From Lama glama (taxonomy: Eukaryota), in contig CM052816.1 in assembly GCA_028534125.1 (NCBI GenBank), positions 38,814,001 to 38,878,000 on the forward strand: a stretch of 64,000 nt of DNA, given 5' to 3'. Shown here piece after piece: positions 39,576 to 52,659 of this stretch. A model generated the notes under the pieces. That model had not been told where the DNA came from and ran no database searches. It saw only the letters and a program-made list of their open reading frames with translations. Position 1 is the stretch's first letter. Each line of letters opens with the position of its first letter. The translations under genes and the position numbers were made by a program.

Positions 39576-42500
39576 ACAACAATACACTGAGTTCAGAGAG
39601 AAATCCTGTAAGACAAATATTCAATTGCAGAGCCTAAGATATGGAATGTCATGATTTTACAGTTACCTTGGTAACTTTTTGACAGTTCTGACCAGGGTCC
39701 TGACTATGACCCAGATCTACTACTTCACAGCCTTTCTGTTGTAATGAAACTATCAACCGGTAGTGTTCATTCTCTAAGGGATTTTGGAGGAAGGCCAATG
39801 TTGACCAATGAGACATGCGATGGAGGCCAGAAGCATACTCAAATGTGTTGAGCCCAGGAAGCCAGGACCCCAACATCATTAGCATCCCTGCCCTTGGCTA
39901 GCTTTCCAGCAGGAAGCCTGTCTGTCTGGGTGCAGCATAATGTGTTGGTCTGTGTGTAGATAAACACCCTCAGCCCTCAAAGCTGCCCATGTTTCCTGGA
40001 GCCCAGAGACTCCCCAGTGCCAGGAAACAACATGGTGTAGCCAGCATGTATTTATCACTCCTAAAAAATGGTTCACAACTCCAGACAAACTGAAGAGAAA
40101 AGCACAAAATTCCAAGTTTACAGACAGTTACCTCTGCTGATGTCACAAATAAGCTAGGCTGCTTTGTAAAACCAGGGAAAGAATACTAAACATACCTCTA
40201 TTCAGCCTAGAAAGTTGCTGCAGATTTGAGGGGGCAATGAAATTACCATCATCTCAATTTCTTGATAAAAACAAAAAGAGAAACATTAAATTCATGAAGC
40301 TTTGACAAGGAACCCAGTACTGCTTACAAAAGGGCTCTGACCTACATGCTTGCTTTACTTTCTGGTCTGGTCTTCATGCACCCTCCCCCCTGCCAGGAGG
40401 GAAACGTAAACAAGTAAACAAACGCATACATGCATACATGTACGTATGTAATAATCTTGAGTTGTGTGGTGAGGGGCTTGTAGTCCTCAGATTAAACAGA
40501 ATCAAGGCTTCTCTTTAATCACAGGACAAAGGTAGCAGATACACTGCAGCGAAAGCGCTCTCGTATATTTCCCTCTCACCTTTCCCAGCTTGCAGCGCTC
40601 CTGATCCTATCAGTGAGCACACGGACGGAGGCCATCATCTCACAGCCATCCAGGAGTGATGGTTTTCAGTCCCCAGTGGGGAGGGCATGCCTCCAAACTG
40701 CTGCTTAGAGATAAAGGGCTCTCAGCATCATTAACAAGGCTCTGAGAGATACTCATTCTTCAATTTTGCTACAACCTGCTTAGCTTTAAATACAGCTCTC
40801 AAGATCTGTATTTCATGCACCCTTTCATGTGGTATGTTGCTTTAGGACATGCTTTCTTTCCCTCTAAATTTATCTTGACTCTGCTTTTCCCACTGAGAAT
40901 TAGCTCTTTTTCATGGCTAAAGATGCCTTTTTCCTCCTCCTCAGTCTGTGGATTTTTATGGCTGTGCCTTCAGATAAAATGAACCATGTTGGTACAATAT
41001 TCCAGCCTTTTCTCTTCTCTTAGACAAAGAGGCCTAGCAACAAAAACAAAAAATTTGTCATGTTCAAACTAAAATTTTGACCAAAACAAAAAACACTAAA
41101 CATTTGTAGGTAATTTTATTTTACCCAAGAGCTCAAGTTGCAGACAGACACAAATGTCCTTGTCTGTATTTTTCTTTATAGAAAATAATTGAATTTAGAA
41201 GTACATTCACTCCGGGTTGGGTTTTTGTCATTATTTTTTACTATTTCCCTTTTCTGAGCAGTCTGACCTTTGGGATTATTGCGGTAGAAATCTTATTTCC
41301 ACGACAGACATCACCATGTCAGACATGTCAACATTATCCAAGGCCGTCTGGCATAAACAGCCCAAGTGCCTTTCTTCTCAGCTGATGGCTTCTGGACCTC
41401 ACCAGACAACTCCTTGGTAAACCCCTTCAGCATCCCTGCTGTTTTAATCAATCCTGCACACATGAAGCAGCTGGATCTCTGCTTCATGATTTGGCTCAGG
41501 AATAGAAAAATGGAGCTAGAGCCTTCCCATGATTTGGAAAGGAGAATATGAAGTTTCCGGGAAGCCAGAGTCTTAAAGAAGTCTTCTTTGTTTCCAGTAC
41601 GACTTAAGTGAGACTTCTGGCAGAGTCAGAGGGGAAGGAATCAGAAAGAATCTGTTTAAGAATTATTGTCAAATTGAAGGGCTGAGTTTTGCTTAAGGGA
41701 AGAGCTGAAAACCACAGAGCATGGCAGTAAGATAAAAAAGAGGTTTCAGTTTTCCTTCATCTCCAGAAAACATTTGATTGGGGAATATGGAACCACAGTC
41801 CAAGGAGCATGAGGATTAGGCTGAATGGAGAACATTTTCCAACCCTCGTATCTCCAGAGAGTGGAGCTTAAAAGGTTCTTGGACTGGTGAAACGAACAGA
41901 AAACATGAGAAAGCACAGCCACAAGACCACCATACCTGCTGCACGGGCTCTGTGTCTGTGGTTTTATTGCAGCTGCTCCCAGGGCCACAGTGGGCTCATA
42001 ATCATGGGCAATGAGGCAGCAGCTGAGGTTGGCAGAAATGGAATCTGGGCCATGATGGAGAACGTGTAAGAGATAGCAGACTTCATTTTTAATCTAGTTT
42101 ATTCACGAATCATACATTCTCCTCACACAAATGCAACTTGAGCATAGGGAAAGAGACTCGTAAATGACTTGAGGTCCTTTTCTTGGCTGTGCATCATACG
42201 TCATGTTAGTGTACTCCTGTGTGTTGTCCTATGGCAAAGGATGTGGGAGAACACTGGCAGCTCCACAGTAACCTAATAGTGCTGACACTGATAGACTAAC
42301 ATACACTATTATCTTACCTGCACAATGGGCCCAAAGGAAAGCAGACCCACCTGCTGTTTGCTCTTAGCATCTGTCACTTAATAATAGAATAAAATCTCCA
42401 AGCTTCATTTATGTTTCTGCATTTCTTTTTACACTTTAGGATGTTCCTGGGAAAAAATACAAAAACTTGCCACTCTTTACAGACATGCAAAGACTTTATC

Positions 42501-43139
42501 CTTATTAAAGCAAATGTAAATACATTCTTCTGTTTTCTAATGTCATATTATTGGCCATGTCCAATTATTATAAGACGCGCTACCTTCCTTACATTTACCA
42601 AAACAGACAACATTTTATATCTCTGTCTCTTTTCCAGGAAAGCTGATGGCTTCAGGAAATAGTCTGTCTCCTAAAATGTAAATACGACAGTTTTCAACTG
42701 CTGACTTTAAGAGCCAGCCACCTTCCAAATTGTAGTGGCTCAAGAAGCCAGACATGTGAGAGAAGTAGTGTGGAAGACAGAGCCAGAAAACCAGTGCTTA
42801 AGCTCTGTTTCTGTCTATGTAACCTTGGGGCATCTCATCGAAACTCAGTTTCTTCCTCTAGAAAATGGGAATAACATTAGCTTCCTACTTTACAGAGTAG
42901 TTGTGAAGAAAAGGGGATAATAAAAACAGGGTCTATGAAAATGTTTCATACATTTGTACACAGTGTCATACAACTATGAGATACTACTTTTAGTGGAAGA
43001 ATATATATCCGTCCACTTATGAGTTGCAAGAAATTTTTTCCAAATGCATACACATGTATGTATTTTGGTGGTGAGGGAGTGTCCGAAGTTTTCATTAGCA
43101 TCTCAAAGGATGGGTTAAGAACCGCTCTGGGCTAGTTGG

Positions 43140-43900
43140 TGTTCCACATCATTAATCATTAGAAATATGCAAATTAAAACCACTGGGAGAAACCAATACA
43201 CACCCTGTAGGATGCCCATTGTCAAAAGACAAGCAATGCAGAGCACTGGTGTGGGTGTGGAAAATCGGGAACACTCATGCACTGCTGGTGGGAGTGTAAA
43301 GTGGTGCAGTCACTTTGGAAAAGAGTTTGGCTGTTTCTTACAAAGTTAAACTTACCACATGGCCCAGCAGTTTCACTCTTAGTAACCTACCGAAGAGAAT
43401 GAAAATGTATGTCCACACAAAGATCTGTACACAGATTTTCAGAGCAGCATTATTCAAAATGGCCCAAAACTGGTAAGAAAACTCTCCATCAACTTGTGAA
43501 TGGATAAACTCAATGAAGCATATCCATATAACAGAATACAGCTCAGCAATAAAAAGGAATGAAGTACTAGTAAGTGTTACAACATGGGTGAGAACTAAAA
43601 ACGTTACACTAAGTGGAAGAAGATCATATACCACGTGATTCCACTTAAATGAAATGTTCATAAATGCCAACTTTATAGGGGAAAAAAACAGATTTGTGAT
43701 TGCCAAAACTGGAGGGGCAAGGGTGGGAAGTGACTACAAACAGACTCAAAGAAAATTTGGAGGTTGATGGAGACGTTCTAAAACTAGATTGTGGCGATGG
43801 TTTCACAACTCTGTAAACAAAGTACTAAAAGTCACTAAATTGTATATGTTACAATGAGTGACTTTATGGTATGTAAATTACACCTCAACATAGCCGTTTT
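43140..43900 (+). mobile_element. L1MB/L1ME 3' end
   Basis: atgcaaattaaaaccac..actgctggtgggagtgtaaagtggtgcagtcactttggaaaa..cagcaataaaaaggaatgaagtact..ggtatgtaaattacacctcaa. Confidence 0.85.
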
Positions 43901-44482
43901 TAGAAAAGATGTGAATAATGGACAGGATATTTTGATACATAATTGCAAAATAAATACAAATAGCAAAATACTTATCTATAAAGTGATTTTAGTAGCACAT
44001 TCATGTTTTAAAATATTATCATTTAAAGAAAAGTGTTCTTTATTCTGTCTATGCTAGTTTCCTGATTTGTAAAAAATAATAATAATAATAATAAAAGTAA
44101 CTTACTTCATGAGCATTTGTGATGAGAAATCAACTAATAGATGTAAAGAAGAGGGCCTGACACACAAGTATGGAAATACCTATTAATTACAGACACTAAC
44201 TAGAGATCTCATGTCACTACCAACCACAAATATTTTGTAATATCAATTTCTTTTGATGTTCTTTTTTCTGTTGGGAAAGGTATGTGGAAAAATATCATGG
44301 CTGGAAATTTGGAGTTTGATATAATGTATCATGGAGAATGTAATCTACAAACACTCATTTTGGTTTTATTTTCATTTCAGATCAATTAAAAAAATAACTT
44401 TAGTTCTCCTTTTCACTCTCATTTTCTCCCTTATCTGCTCAGTTGCAGTGGCCATGATGAATCTCTTATTTATCAATTACAG

Positions 44483-44640
44483 GATGAAGGAAAATGCCCA
44501 CCTCTAGAGGTAATAAAATTAGAAGGTGCAGAAGTTGGCATTGATAGCAGCTTGGGAAAACCATTTGTGTTTAACTGTGTGCCTCAGTCTGGAAGTAGAA
44601 CTTTTTGCCTCTGTGCAACCTCAAACCAAGAAATGAAAAG
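44483..44640 (+). CDS. PDZPH1: PDZPH1-like coding exon: PH1 beta4-beta7 and start of helix
   Basis: Acceptor caattacag|GAT (phase 0, matches previous donor), donor AAAAG|gtaatt (phase 2). DEGKCPPLEVIKLEGAEVGIDSSLGKPFVFNCVPQSGSRTFCLCATSNQEMK(R). Not in the ORF track in this frame. Confidence 0.9.
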
Positions 44641-46373
44641 GTAATTGATTATTCTTTTATCTATTGGCTTCACATTGGTGAGGGACTGCTTCTTCAACAG
44701 CAATCTTACAGATTCTTGGGACTGCAAGTAGAGAAGGGAACAGCAAATGCACAGCATGAGTCAATAAACTATCTTTTTCTTACATATGAGAAGTTTAGTT
44801 CTTCATTATTCTGCCAGATTCTTTCCTAACACAATTTCAAAGAACAGAAGCATCATCTCCTAACTCATTTATCTTAGATCTCTCCATTTCCCCCCCAAAA
44901 AGAAAGGTTACTTCCACTAAGGTTCACATCTAGTATCCCAAAAAAGTTGCCAGCTTTATAAATTTTAAGCTAGTTGGATGGATAGTCTGAGGCATAAAAA
45001 CAATGTAGTAGGGTTATAATTTAATATACCACAGTGAAGTCAGCAAAATAAATAATAATAATAATGTAGCTTCCTGGAGAATTAATCCAGTTACATTTTG
45101 TGAGCATATAACTTTGTTGCAGGGTAGAAGTGTGAAGGCATTCTAAGGGGGTAACCTACAAACTTGAAGCATTCAGCAACTTCGGATCATTATTCAGTGT
45201 GTTATCCTGAGGGAATGGAGATCATGGGTCAACCTAGTAAGTCAGCTCAGAACTGTTGAGGGTGAAGGATGGATGGAATGGGGAGAGGAAGATAATGACA
45301 ACATGCTAATGGATCAACAGGGTTTAGAAGAATATCATATCTCTTTAAAAGAATTTGGACTCAGCTCCAGTTTTAAAGAGAGCCCTAGGTCTGAAACCTC
45401 TTAGGCAAAAGATATTCTGTCCCTATTTATGGAACATTATGTATTCAAGTGCATATTTCTTTAAAAGATAAACAGGGAAGTAGAATGATAGCAACTTAAT
45501 TGTATTCCAAGTCACAGACGAAATTTTTATCATACAGCTAATACGCCCAAGACATTGTTTTAAAGTTTCTAAAGATTATCAGTATGATTAAGAACCAATC
45601 CTTGCTCTGAACCAAGTTCTGAACCAAGAAGGTTGGACACCTACTCCAGTATTTTTAATGCAAAATAGAAATTGAGAAGTGCTACAGGAGAAGACAAAGT
45701 GGCAAAGGGATTGATGGCGGGGAGAGGAGGTGTCCAAATCTGGGGAGGAGTGTATGAAGGGTGTGGTACAGCATCAGATACACATACAAAAGAATGTAAG
45801 GAACAGAGGAGGGCAGAGGGAATAAATCTAGCTTTGGGGAGAAAATCAAGCAGTATGGAAAAGACTGGCAAGATGGGATGAGGTAGATAGGTTGCTACCT
45901 GGCCAATGAGACAAGACTAAGAAAGTTCAGTCCTCAAGTAGGGGCACTAATGGTGCCCTAAAGGTGGCCACTACATGCAGGGAACACTCGGAGAGGTGGC
46001 TTAGGACAGCGGCTAGTCCCCAGTCCTTCCATATGTTAGTAGCCAATGCCTTCTACTTAATACGCCAGTTGTTATCAGCCCTGCTGGTGTTAATACATTC
46101 ACATACCTTGGTAAAATAGTGAATAAATTTTCTCTTAGGCACTAATTAAACTATAGAAAAGGAGAAGGAAGAGAATAACTTATTTTAAGTATGCCTGGTG
46201 GGTGTGGGATTTTGCTACTTTGTAACACCAATTTTGTAAGAATGTGTTGCTCTTATGAACTTAGAGCCATGAAATATGTCTGAGCCTCAGGACTCTTCTG
46301 TGTGAACGATGGGTTTCAGAGAAAAAAATAAGCCCCTCTGAAGGAAAGCGCCTCTCATCTTACTATCTTTCAG

Positions 46374-46416
46374 GTGGCTGGAGGCCATGGACAAAGCAGC
46401 CCACCCCATCCACCAG
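46374..46416 (+). CDS. PDZPH1: PDZPH1-like 43-nt coding exon: PH1 C-terminal helix
   Basis: Acceptor tatctttcag|G (phase 2), donor CAG|gtaagc (phase 0). (R)WLEAMDKAAHPIHQ carries the invariant PH helix Trp. Confidence 0.9.
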
Positions 46417-48252
46417 GTAAGCTGTCCTCGGTACCTATCTCTGCCTGCATTCTGCTTTCTCCTCAGAGAGGGCAAGGGTCAAGCTAGACATCATGCAGTC
46501 AACCCTGGGACTTCTCAGATCTGCCCTAAAAGGTGGGAGAGAGGAGTTTAAGTCAACAGGATTTCCCACTCAGATTTCACGGAGGTGCTTGCATCCCTGC
46601 CGTTCTTTCTGTTTTCAGGGTTTCGTATGACGTTCCTCTCAGTGAGCTCAGTGGGTGGTTCAGACTGGGGTGGAATTTCTGTTTCTCAGAGAACAGTCCA
46701 GTAGTTCCCCAGGCGGTTAAACCACGGCTAGTGTTTTCTTTCCACTCCCTAAGAACAAGGGCTCAGGGTTATGTCTTGGGATAGTGCTGCAGGACAAACA
46801 GCTTATTAGAAAATGAGTGTCTTATGCAGGGCTTTATGTTCATACCCTTGTTCTGGAGACATAGTGGGCTAACTTCCACCGTTTCTGCCTATTCATGACT
46901 CCCAGCCTTGAAGCCATATAAGTTTTAATCTAGATTTGACCTACAAACTGATGTATAACTTCATAACATCAACAGGTGAGTCACCACTTCAGTCCCCAAG
47001 GTATCTGATGCCCCTCTTACTGAGTGATGACCTAGCCAAGGCGGGGAGACATTGCTTTGATAGTCAATTGTTTCAGTTTTATCCTGTGGATATGACTTGT
47101 AATAAATGTATAGATTTCCTTTAAACATGCTCATTTCCTCACAGAACGGCACACAAGAAAAAGGTATTTACTACCAATTATCCTCTCTACATATTTTGGC
47201 TCTTGTACATTCAGGAAAATTTGGATTATTTGAGCTTAAACATACGACCCCATGCCCTGTGACTGTCCTTTCAGAATAACCAGTGGCATCATCATATGAC
47301 AAACAGCAGGATTTGTGCTTCATTTTACCCGGAACACAATGCTCAATACATTCATCCATCTCTCCAACACATCATCGTAATGAACCTTGATATTTTTAAG
47401 AGGGATCTATTCTGCTAATGCACTCAGAGTGTCTGCAGCAGAGTGAAAAAGGAATACCCCAACTCCCAGCAGGCTCCCACTTCACAGCGAAGAATTCAGC
47501 CAGTTCTGCATTCTGAAATCTTTTGCACTGCCTGTTAAAACTGAACAGCAAAAATGAAACCAAATAAAGAAGGAAAACTGGCTAGTGCCCAGCAGGGTCT
47601 TCTGATAAAGGGATGAAGCACAATGCCCCCTGCCTCAGGTCAAGTTCCCAGAAAAAGCCTGCCTCTCTCTCAAGACTGAGGGCTGCCCTCCAGGGTAGAG
47701 GATCTTGATTTGTCATGGGCCTTCCACATCCGTGACCATAAGAGCCCAAGGCCTGATCAGGCCTGGGGCATTTAACTTCTTCCTTTGCACAAATGGGAGT
47801 GCTAGATAAAGTAAAGAATGAACCAGGGGCTGCTACTAGTCACAGCAAACCTACCAGGAACAGGGCCAGAAGGACAATCCCATCAGTGAGCAAGACAGCA
47901 CACTGGGGCCAGCACTTGCAGACAGGGCCTTTAAAGACAGTCTGTGCTGAGGTGTCCATTTCCATTTCCTTTCTATACATCACTGGTACTCTTTTGATTT
48001 CCTCACAAAAGAACAGAAGCCAAAGAGAAGGGATGTCTCTGGACATGAAAAGGGAGACGCTTTCTATGGCCAGTGGATAAATGCAGATTGTCTGGCTCAC
48101 TGTTCAAGCATTCAGATTGCCATAGCAATAGAGTCACTTAGGGCAGCGGCTCCTCTGAAGTCAGCCTTGGTGCTGAGGCCACTGGCTCTGGGAGTCGATG
48201 ACCGTCGGCACAGGATGACCACTCAGAGGATCCCATTGTGCCACGTCCGCAG

Positions 48253-48439
48253 AACCATGTCTGGGAAGACGTCACTCTGCACAACAGCAGCCTCCCGCCC
48301 CTGGCTATCAAGAATCCAGAGTGCCTGGGCCTTCTGCACCAGCTGGACAGGAGCACAGACACGTGGGTCCAGCGCTACTGCGTTCTGAAGGATGGCTGCC
48401 TGTACTTCTACGCTAGCATTCGCTCCACCCAGGCCTCAG
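48253..48439 (+). CDS. PDZPH1: PDZPH1-like coding exon: linker and N-half of PH2
   Basis: Acceptor gtccgcag|AAC (phase 0), donor CAG|gtaggg (phase 1). NHVWEDVTLHNSSLPPLAIKNPECLGLLHQLDRSTDTWVQRYCVLKDGCLYFYASIRSTQAS(G). Confidence 0.9.
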
Positions 48440-48489
48440 GTAGGGCCTCCACTTTCACCTGAAATAATGGTAGTGACAATCAAGGTGGT

Positions 48490-49010
48490 AATGACACCTT
48501 AGCTGTATATAGCCTCCACCAAGCTTTGTGCTGTGTGAATTTGTTTACTTATCCTCCAGACAAGAGGTACTGCTATTACTCCCACTTTACAGATCAGAAA
48601 ACTGGCTTGAAAGTCCACACAACTTGACAAGAGCACATGTAGTAGGCAATGAAGCCAAGGTCGGAATCCAGCCTAGCTAACCCCAGAGCCTGGATGCCGA
48701 ACCCCACGCTTTCACTGCTTCGAGAAACAAAAACGCACCCCTTCATTTTGGGTCACTGATGACATTCAGAGTCAACGCCAACAGTTTTCTTGGATAGTGA
48801 CTCCATCTTTTTCTCACAGTATGTTCATCTTGGACAAATGAGTAACGGAAAGAACATTCATTTTCCTTGGGCAAGTTACTTAACTAAAACTTAGTTTCCT
48901 CATTTATAAAGTAGAAACAGTTATCTATTTCACTGGACTGTTGTGAATATTAAATGAGGTAATTGCCATTGAAGTTACTTAAGCCCTGCATATAAAGCAC
49001 TCTCTACAAA
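48490..49010. mobile_element. Two MIR fragments downstream of the PH2 exon
   Basis: cccactttacagatcagaaaactgg (reverse) and ccttgggcaagttacttaact..agtttcctcatttataaa (forward). Confidence 0.6.
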
Positions 49011-52000
49011 AAGCTCTCTAATGTTACATGTACATATATTTTTAAAATTACATGTAATATATTAATACTATAAATACATAAAATATTTTAATATATTAAA
49101 AGCTATATATATAAAGTAAGTAAATAAACAATATGATTTTAAAATAAAGTAATTGTGCATGATTTCTATAAGAAAGATTATTTACCTTCTTGTGATTTTT
49201 GACAAAAGAAGTTATGGATGTTTTATTTGCAGTTGGACTTTTCCCCAAATGAATAATCCTTAAATAATTAGCAGTAGTGAATATCCTGGAATCTCAGTAA
49301 TTTAATTTCCGTTTTTAGCATAAACGATTATGTTAAATTAAGCTAGACAGCCATGTCAAATGGGAAGGAGGGATCTGGTGACCATTTCAACCTTCTTGGA
49401 AGGGTACAAAAGAGGTGTAAAGTGAGCATCACACCATGGTCCATTTCTCATCACTCAAGATTCTCTTTCCCATACTAACCCTTGCATTTTAAGAGTATTA
49501 AAACATAACCCAGGATATCTATCAGGAGATATATAGGTAAGTGGAAGTTCAAAACTATCAGGAGATAGCTCGCGTCTTTAAGCACTTACAGAAGAGGCTG
49601 TTCCTATTTAACGTCACTTTGCACAACAGTAGCCTCACAACTTTAAGCCCCTGATACCAGGATGGGAATGAAGGTAAACAGAACAAACCTCTACAGTAGT
49701 CACTGACTGGGGCTTTTATTATAGGGTATCACCGCAGAAGTCTGGACTATTTTAATTAACAGATCTACGAAGTTCACTTTCAAGAGACTGTTTCAACAGA
49801 AAGAAAGGGAATGTTTAGGATTTAGTGCTCAGATTACTACAAACTTAAATATTAACCAAATGCTTCCAAATCCCTGGGGCCTAGAGACAGCTACTGCTTC
49901 CAAGAGTTTAAAACGGTAATGACAGCCACTAGGTGGCTTCCCTTATTCTGAAATATCAGAGAAGGCCCTACTTAGAAAAGTTGTACAGCTGGGAAACAGC
50001 TACTAATAAATGGCCTAAAATTAATGCAGTAAAAGCAGAATTATCTTTTGGTGAGTACTGGTCACTCAAGTGTTTTTACTTATCATTTCATGTAATTTCT
50101 ACAACAATCCCATAAATAGGTTATTCGCCCACCTACAATTTTGTAAGCAGGTGCTTAGCAACGTCGAATCATTTGCCCAAGTTCCTCTAGCTTGTAAACA
50201 GTGAAGATAGAATTTGAACCCAGATAACCTAAGTCACATTAACCAAAAGAAAAAACACACAAGGAGGAAAAACTGAAAGGTTTCTTTGTATTCATCCTTT
50301 ACCATTTCACCTATCTTTCCAGAACTTTTGGTCTTTCCTGCCTCCAGAGCACTCTAAGGCCTTATACTCTGTCTCAAAACCTTTCTTTCTGGCTTTCTCT
50401 CCACTCCTTGTGTCAAAGCACCCTGTACTCTACCCAAACATGGTCACGTTCTACTTGCTTAGCACACCCCACATCTTGAACATTTTTCTGACCCCATGTC
50501 TTTGCTTGTGTTAGTTCCTTTCCCTGAAACATTCTCTACCTACTGATTCCACAGCACACATTGTCCAGACTCTACCAGTCCTTCAAATGTTTATTCAAAT
50601 GCTAGCCCTCTCTTCCAGAAAGCAACCCCACCCAGCTGGTGCTAGATCCACAAAGCATCTTCCTTTTTTGAACTTCCACTTACCTATCTTGTGACACTTA
50701 TCATCCTCAACTTTGTGTTTTATCTCTAGCTGGCCATTTCATCTCTTCTAAGGGATTATAGGCTCAGAGATGACTCTATGTTATGTATGTTTAATGAATA
50801 AATGAATGAATGAACAATTAAATTGCCCTAATTGACCATTATTCCCATGAAGTGTCAGTAAATCCTCATTTAGTAGTGGAGAAAGACTGGAAGATTGAAA
50901 AGCTGTCTCAAAGGCAAAATCAGAATTCAGGCCACCAGATACCTGGGCTTTCTGTCTTATCACACCCTTTCCAGCTGTAAGTTATCTATTTTCTATCTAA
51001 TTGTTAATTCCTTTCTTGAAAATGTATTATTTTGTTGCTAACAAAAATATTTAATACAAAACATTCCCTTTTTCCAGCCATACTTCTTGAATATTCTTCA
51101 TAGGCCCTCAATTTCTAGCCCAAATTATTTCAAATATGGATTAAAAGAACATGTTCCTTATTGAAATTCCAACAGAAATTTTATATCTAGGCCAGGTTCT
51201 AAAATAAAGGCCTGTGATTTTTGTCTTTACATGACTCTACTCTTCCTCAAATAGAAGATACCATTTGCCTAAGTATGCACCTTGTTCCAGAAGGTGCACT
51301 TAACCGCCACCCCCTCCCCACTCCCACCCTGACAGCTGCTGGATCCAGATGGAAGCTCTCCCAGGGTTAATCAGCTGCTAACCCTTCTTCAGCATTAACT
51401 TGGCTGTGTAGGAATTCTTCTGAAGTCCTTTACCCTTTCCTAGATTTGAATTTTAAATTCAGATTTACATCCTTTTCCTAAGAGTCCTTTTCAATCTTCT
51501 TGTACGTTTTAGCTTAGATCATGACCTGAGGCTCACAGTCAGTGATCCCACACAATGAAACCCAAGATAGGATAGAGGCATATCCAAACCAACTGTGGGA
51601 AAATCCCAAAATCAATATCCCCCTCTCCACTGTCCACAAAAATCACTGCCCGCATGAGCCACATCTTTTTCAGAGGCCTGGACCACCCTGCTCAGAGAAA
51701 GTTAGTATGTATTGTCGAATACTTCCTATGTGTATAGGACTTGGATAGCTCTTTATATTCATTATCTGTAACTAATATTTGCAAAACATTCACTGTTATT
51801 GTCCGATTATAAGTGAGAAACTAAGGCTTGGAGAAGTTAACAGGTCATCAGTCACCCAGCTATTAAGCGACAGAGATAAAATGTGAACAAGTGCTATCTG
51901 AATCCTAGCCCAAACTCTTAGCCACAACGCTCTGTGTAGCACTCCCTGACAGAAGTTAGTCTTCTAATAAAGTAGTACTCAGTCAGTAATGCTGTGTGTC

Positions 52001-52433
52001 TGGTCTCTGCACGCTAGACATCACCACACTGAGTGTAATAGCCAGGGTCTACCCAGTCCAACTGTTTACCACAAAAAAACATACGAATTGTGAGGACAGC
52101 AGAGAAATGTATTGAGAATGGCTGAACCCATGCTGTGCCATGAACACTGCAGGCACTAAAATACTTAGTTAAACTTAATCATTTTTACATGCATGGAATA
52201 TGAATTTGAATGTATTATTATATTCATACAGATTATACAGAGTGCTAATACTCATTTTCAGTTCTTCTAGGTGATGCTAGAAGAATGACTTTAGGGCTGG
52301 TCTCATCTATACTTTCTCCTTTACTTGTACTGGACAGTGCTCGGCTCTTGCACATCCCACCCTGGTCTGGTTCCTTGTTCTCTGGCCCTGTGATGGTCGT
52401 AACCTTGAAGGAGGTCTCAATTATCTTTCATAG

Positions 52434-52659
52434 CAGTAATTATCAAGCTGCAGGTTTCATCCAACTACTGAGTCATGCAATCAATGTAGTAAGTTGTGAT
52501 CAGTATTTAAAAAACAACAGAATGGAATCTAATTGAATAGAAAATATCACGGTACATCACAATGTTTCAAAAAACTTTTGGTTCAATTGCATAAAAACAT
52601 GTAGAGGTCTGTATTCATTACCTCTTTGGACCACAGCCAAAAAAGGTGGGAAAACACTA
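52434..52659 (+). mobile_element. MER103-like hAT-Charlie MITE
   Basis: caagctgcaggtt..gagtcatgcaatcaatgtagt..gaatagaaaatatcacggtacatcac..aaaaaaggtgggaaaacact. Confidence 0.55.

Noticed and set aside
40590..40710. Strong pyrimidine tract plus AG (ccctctcacctttcccag)
   Set aside because: Leads to an in-frame stop with no clear donor; such pseudo-acceptors are common in long introns.
41262..41416. Exon-like segment with AG/GT boundaries inside the large intron
   Set aside because: 155 nt would shift the frame in the middle of PH1, and the peptide shows no domain similarity.
43167..43706. ORFs 43167-43349 (+) and 43338-43706 (-)
   Set aside because: Derived from a decayed L1 3' end, not host genes.
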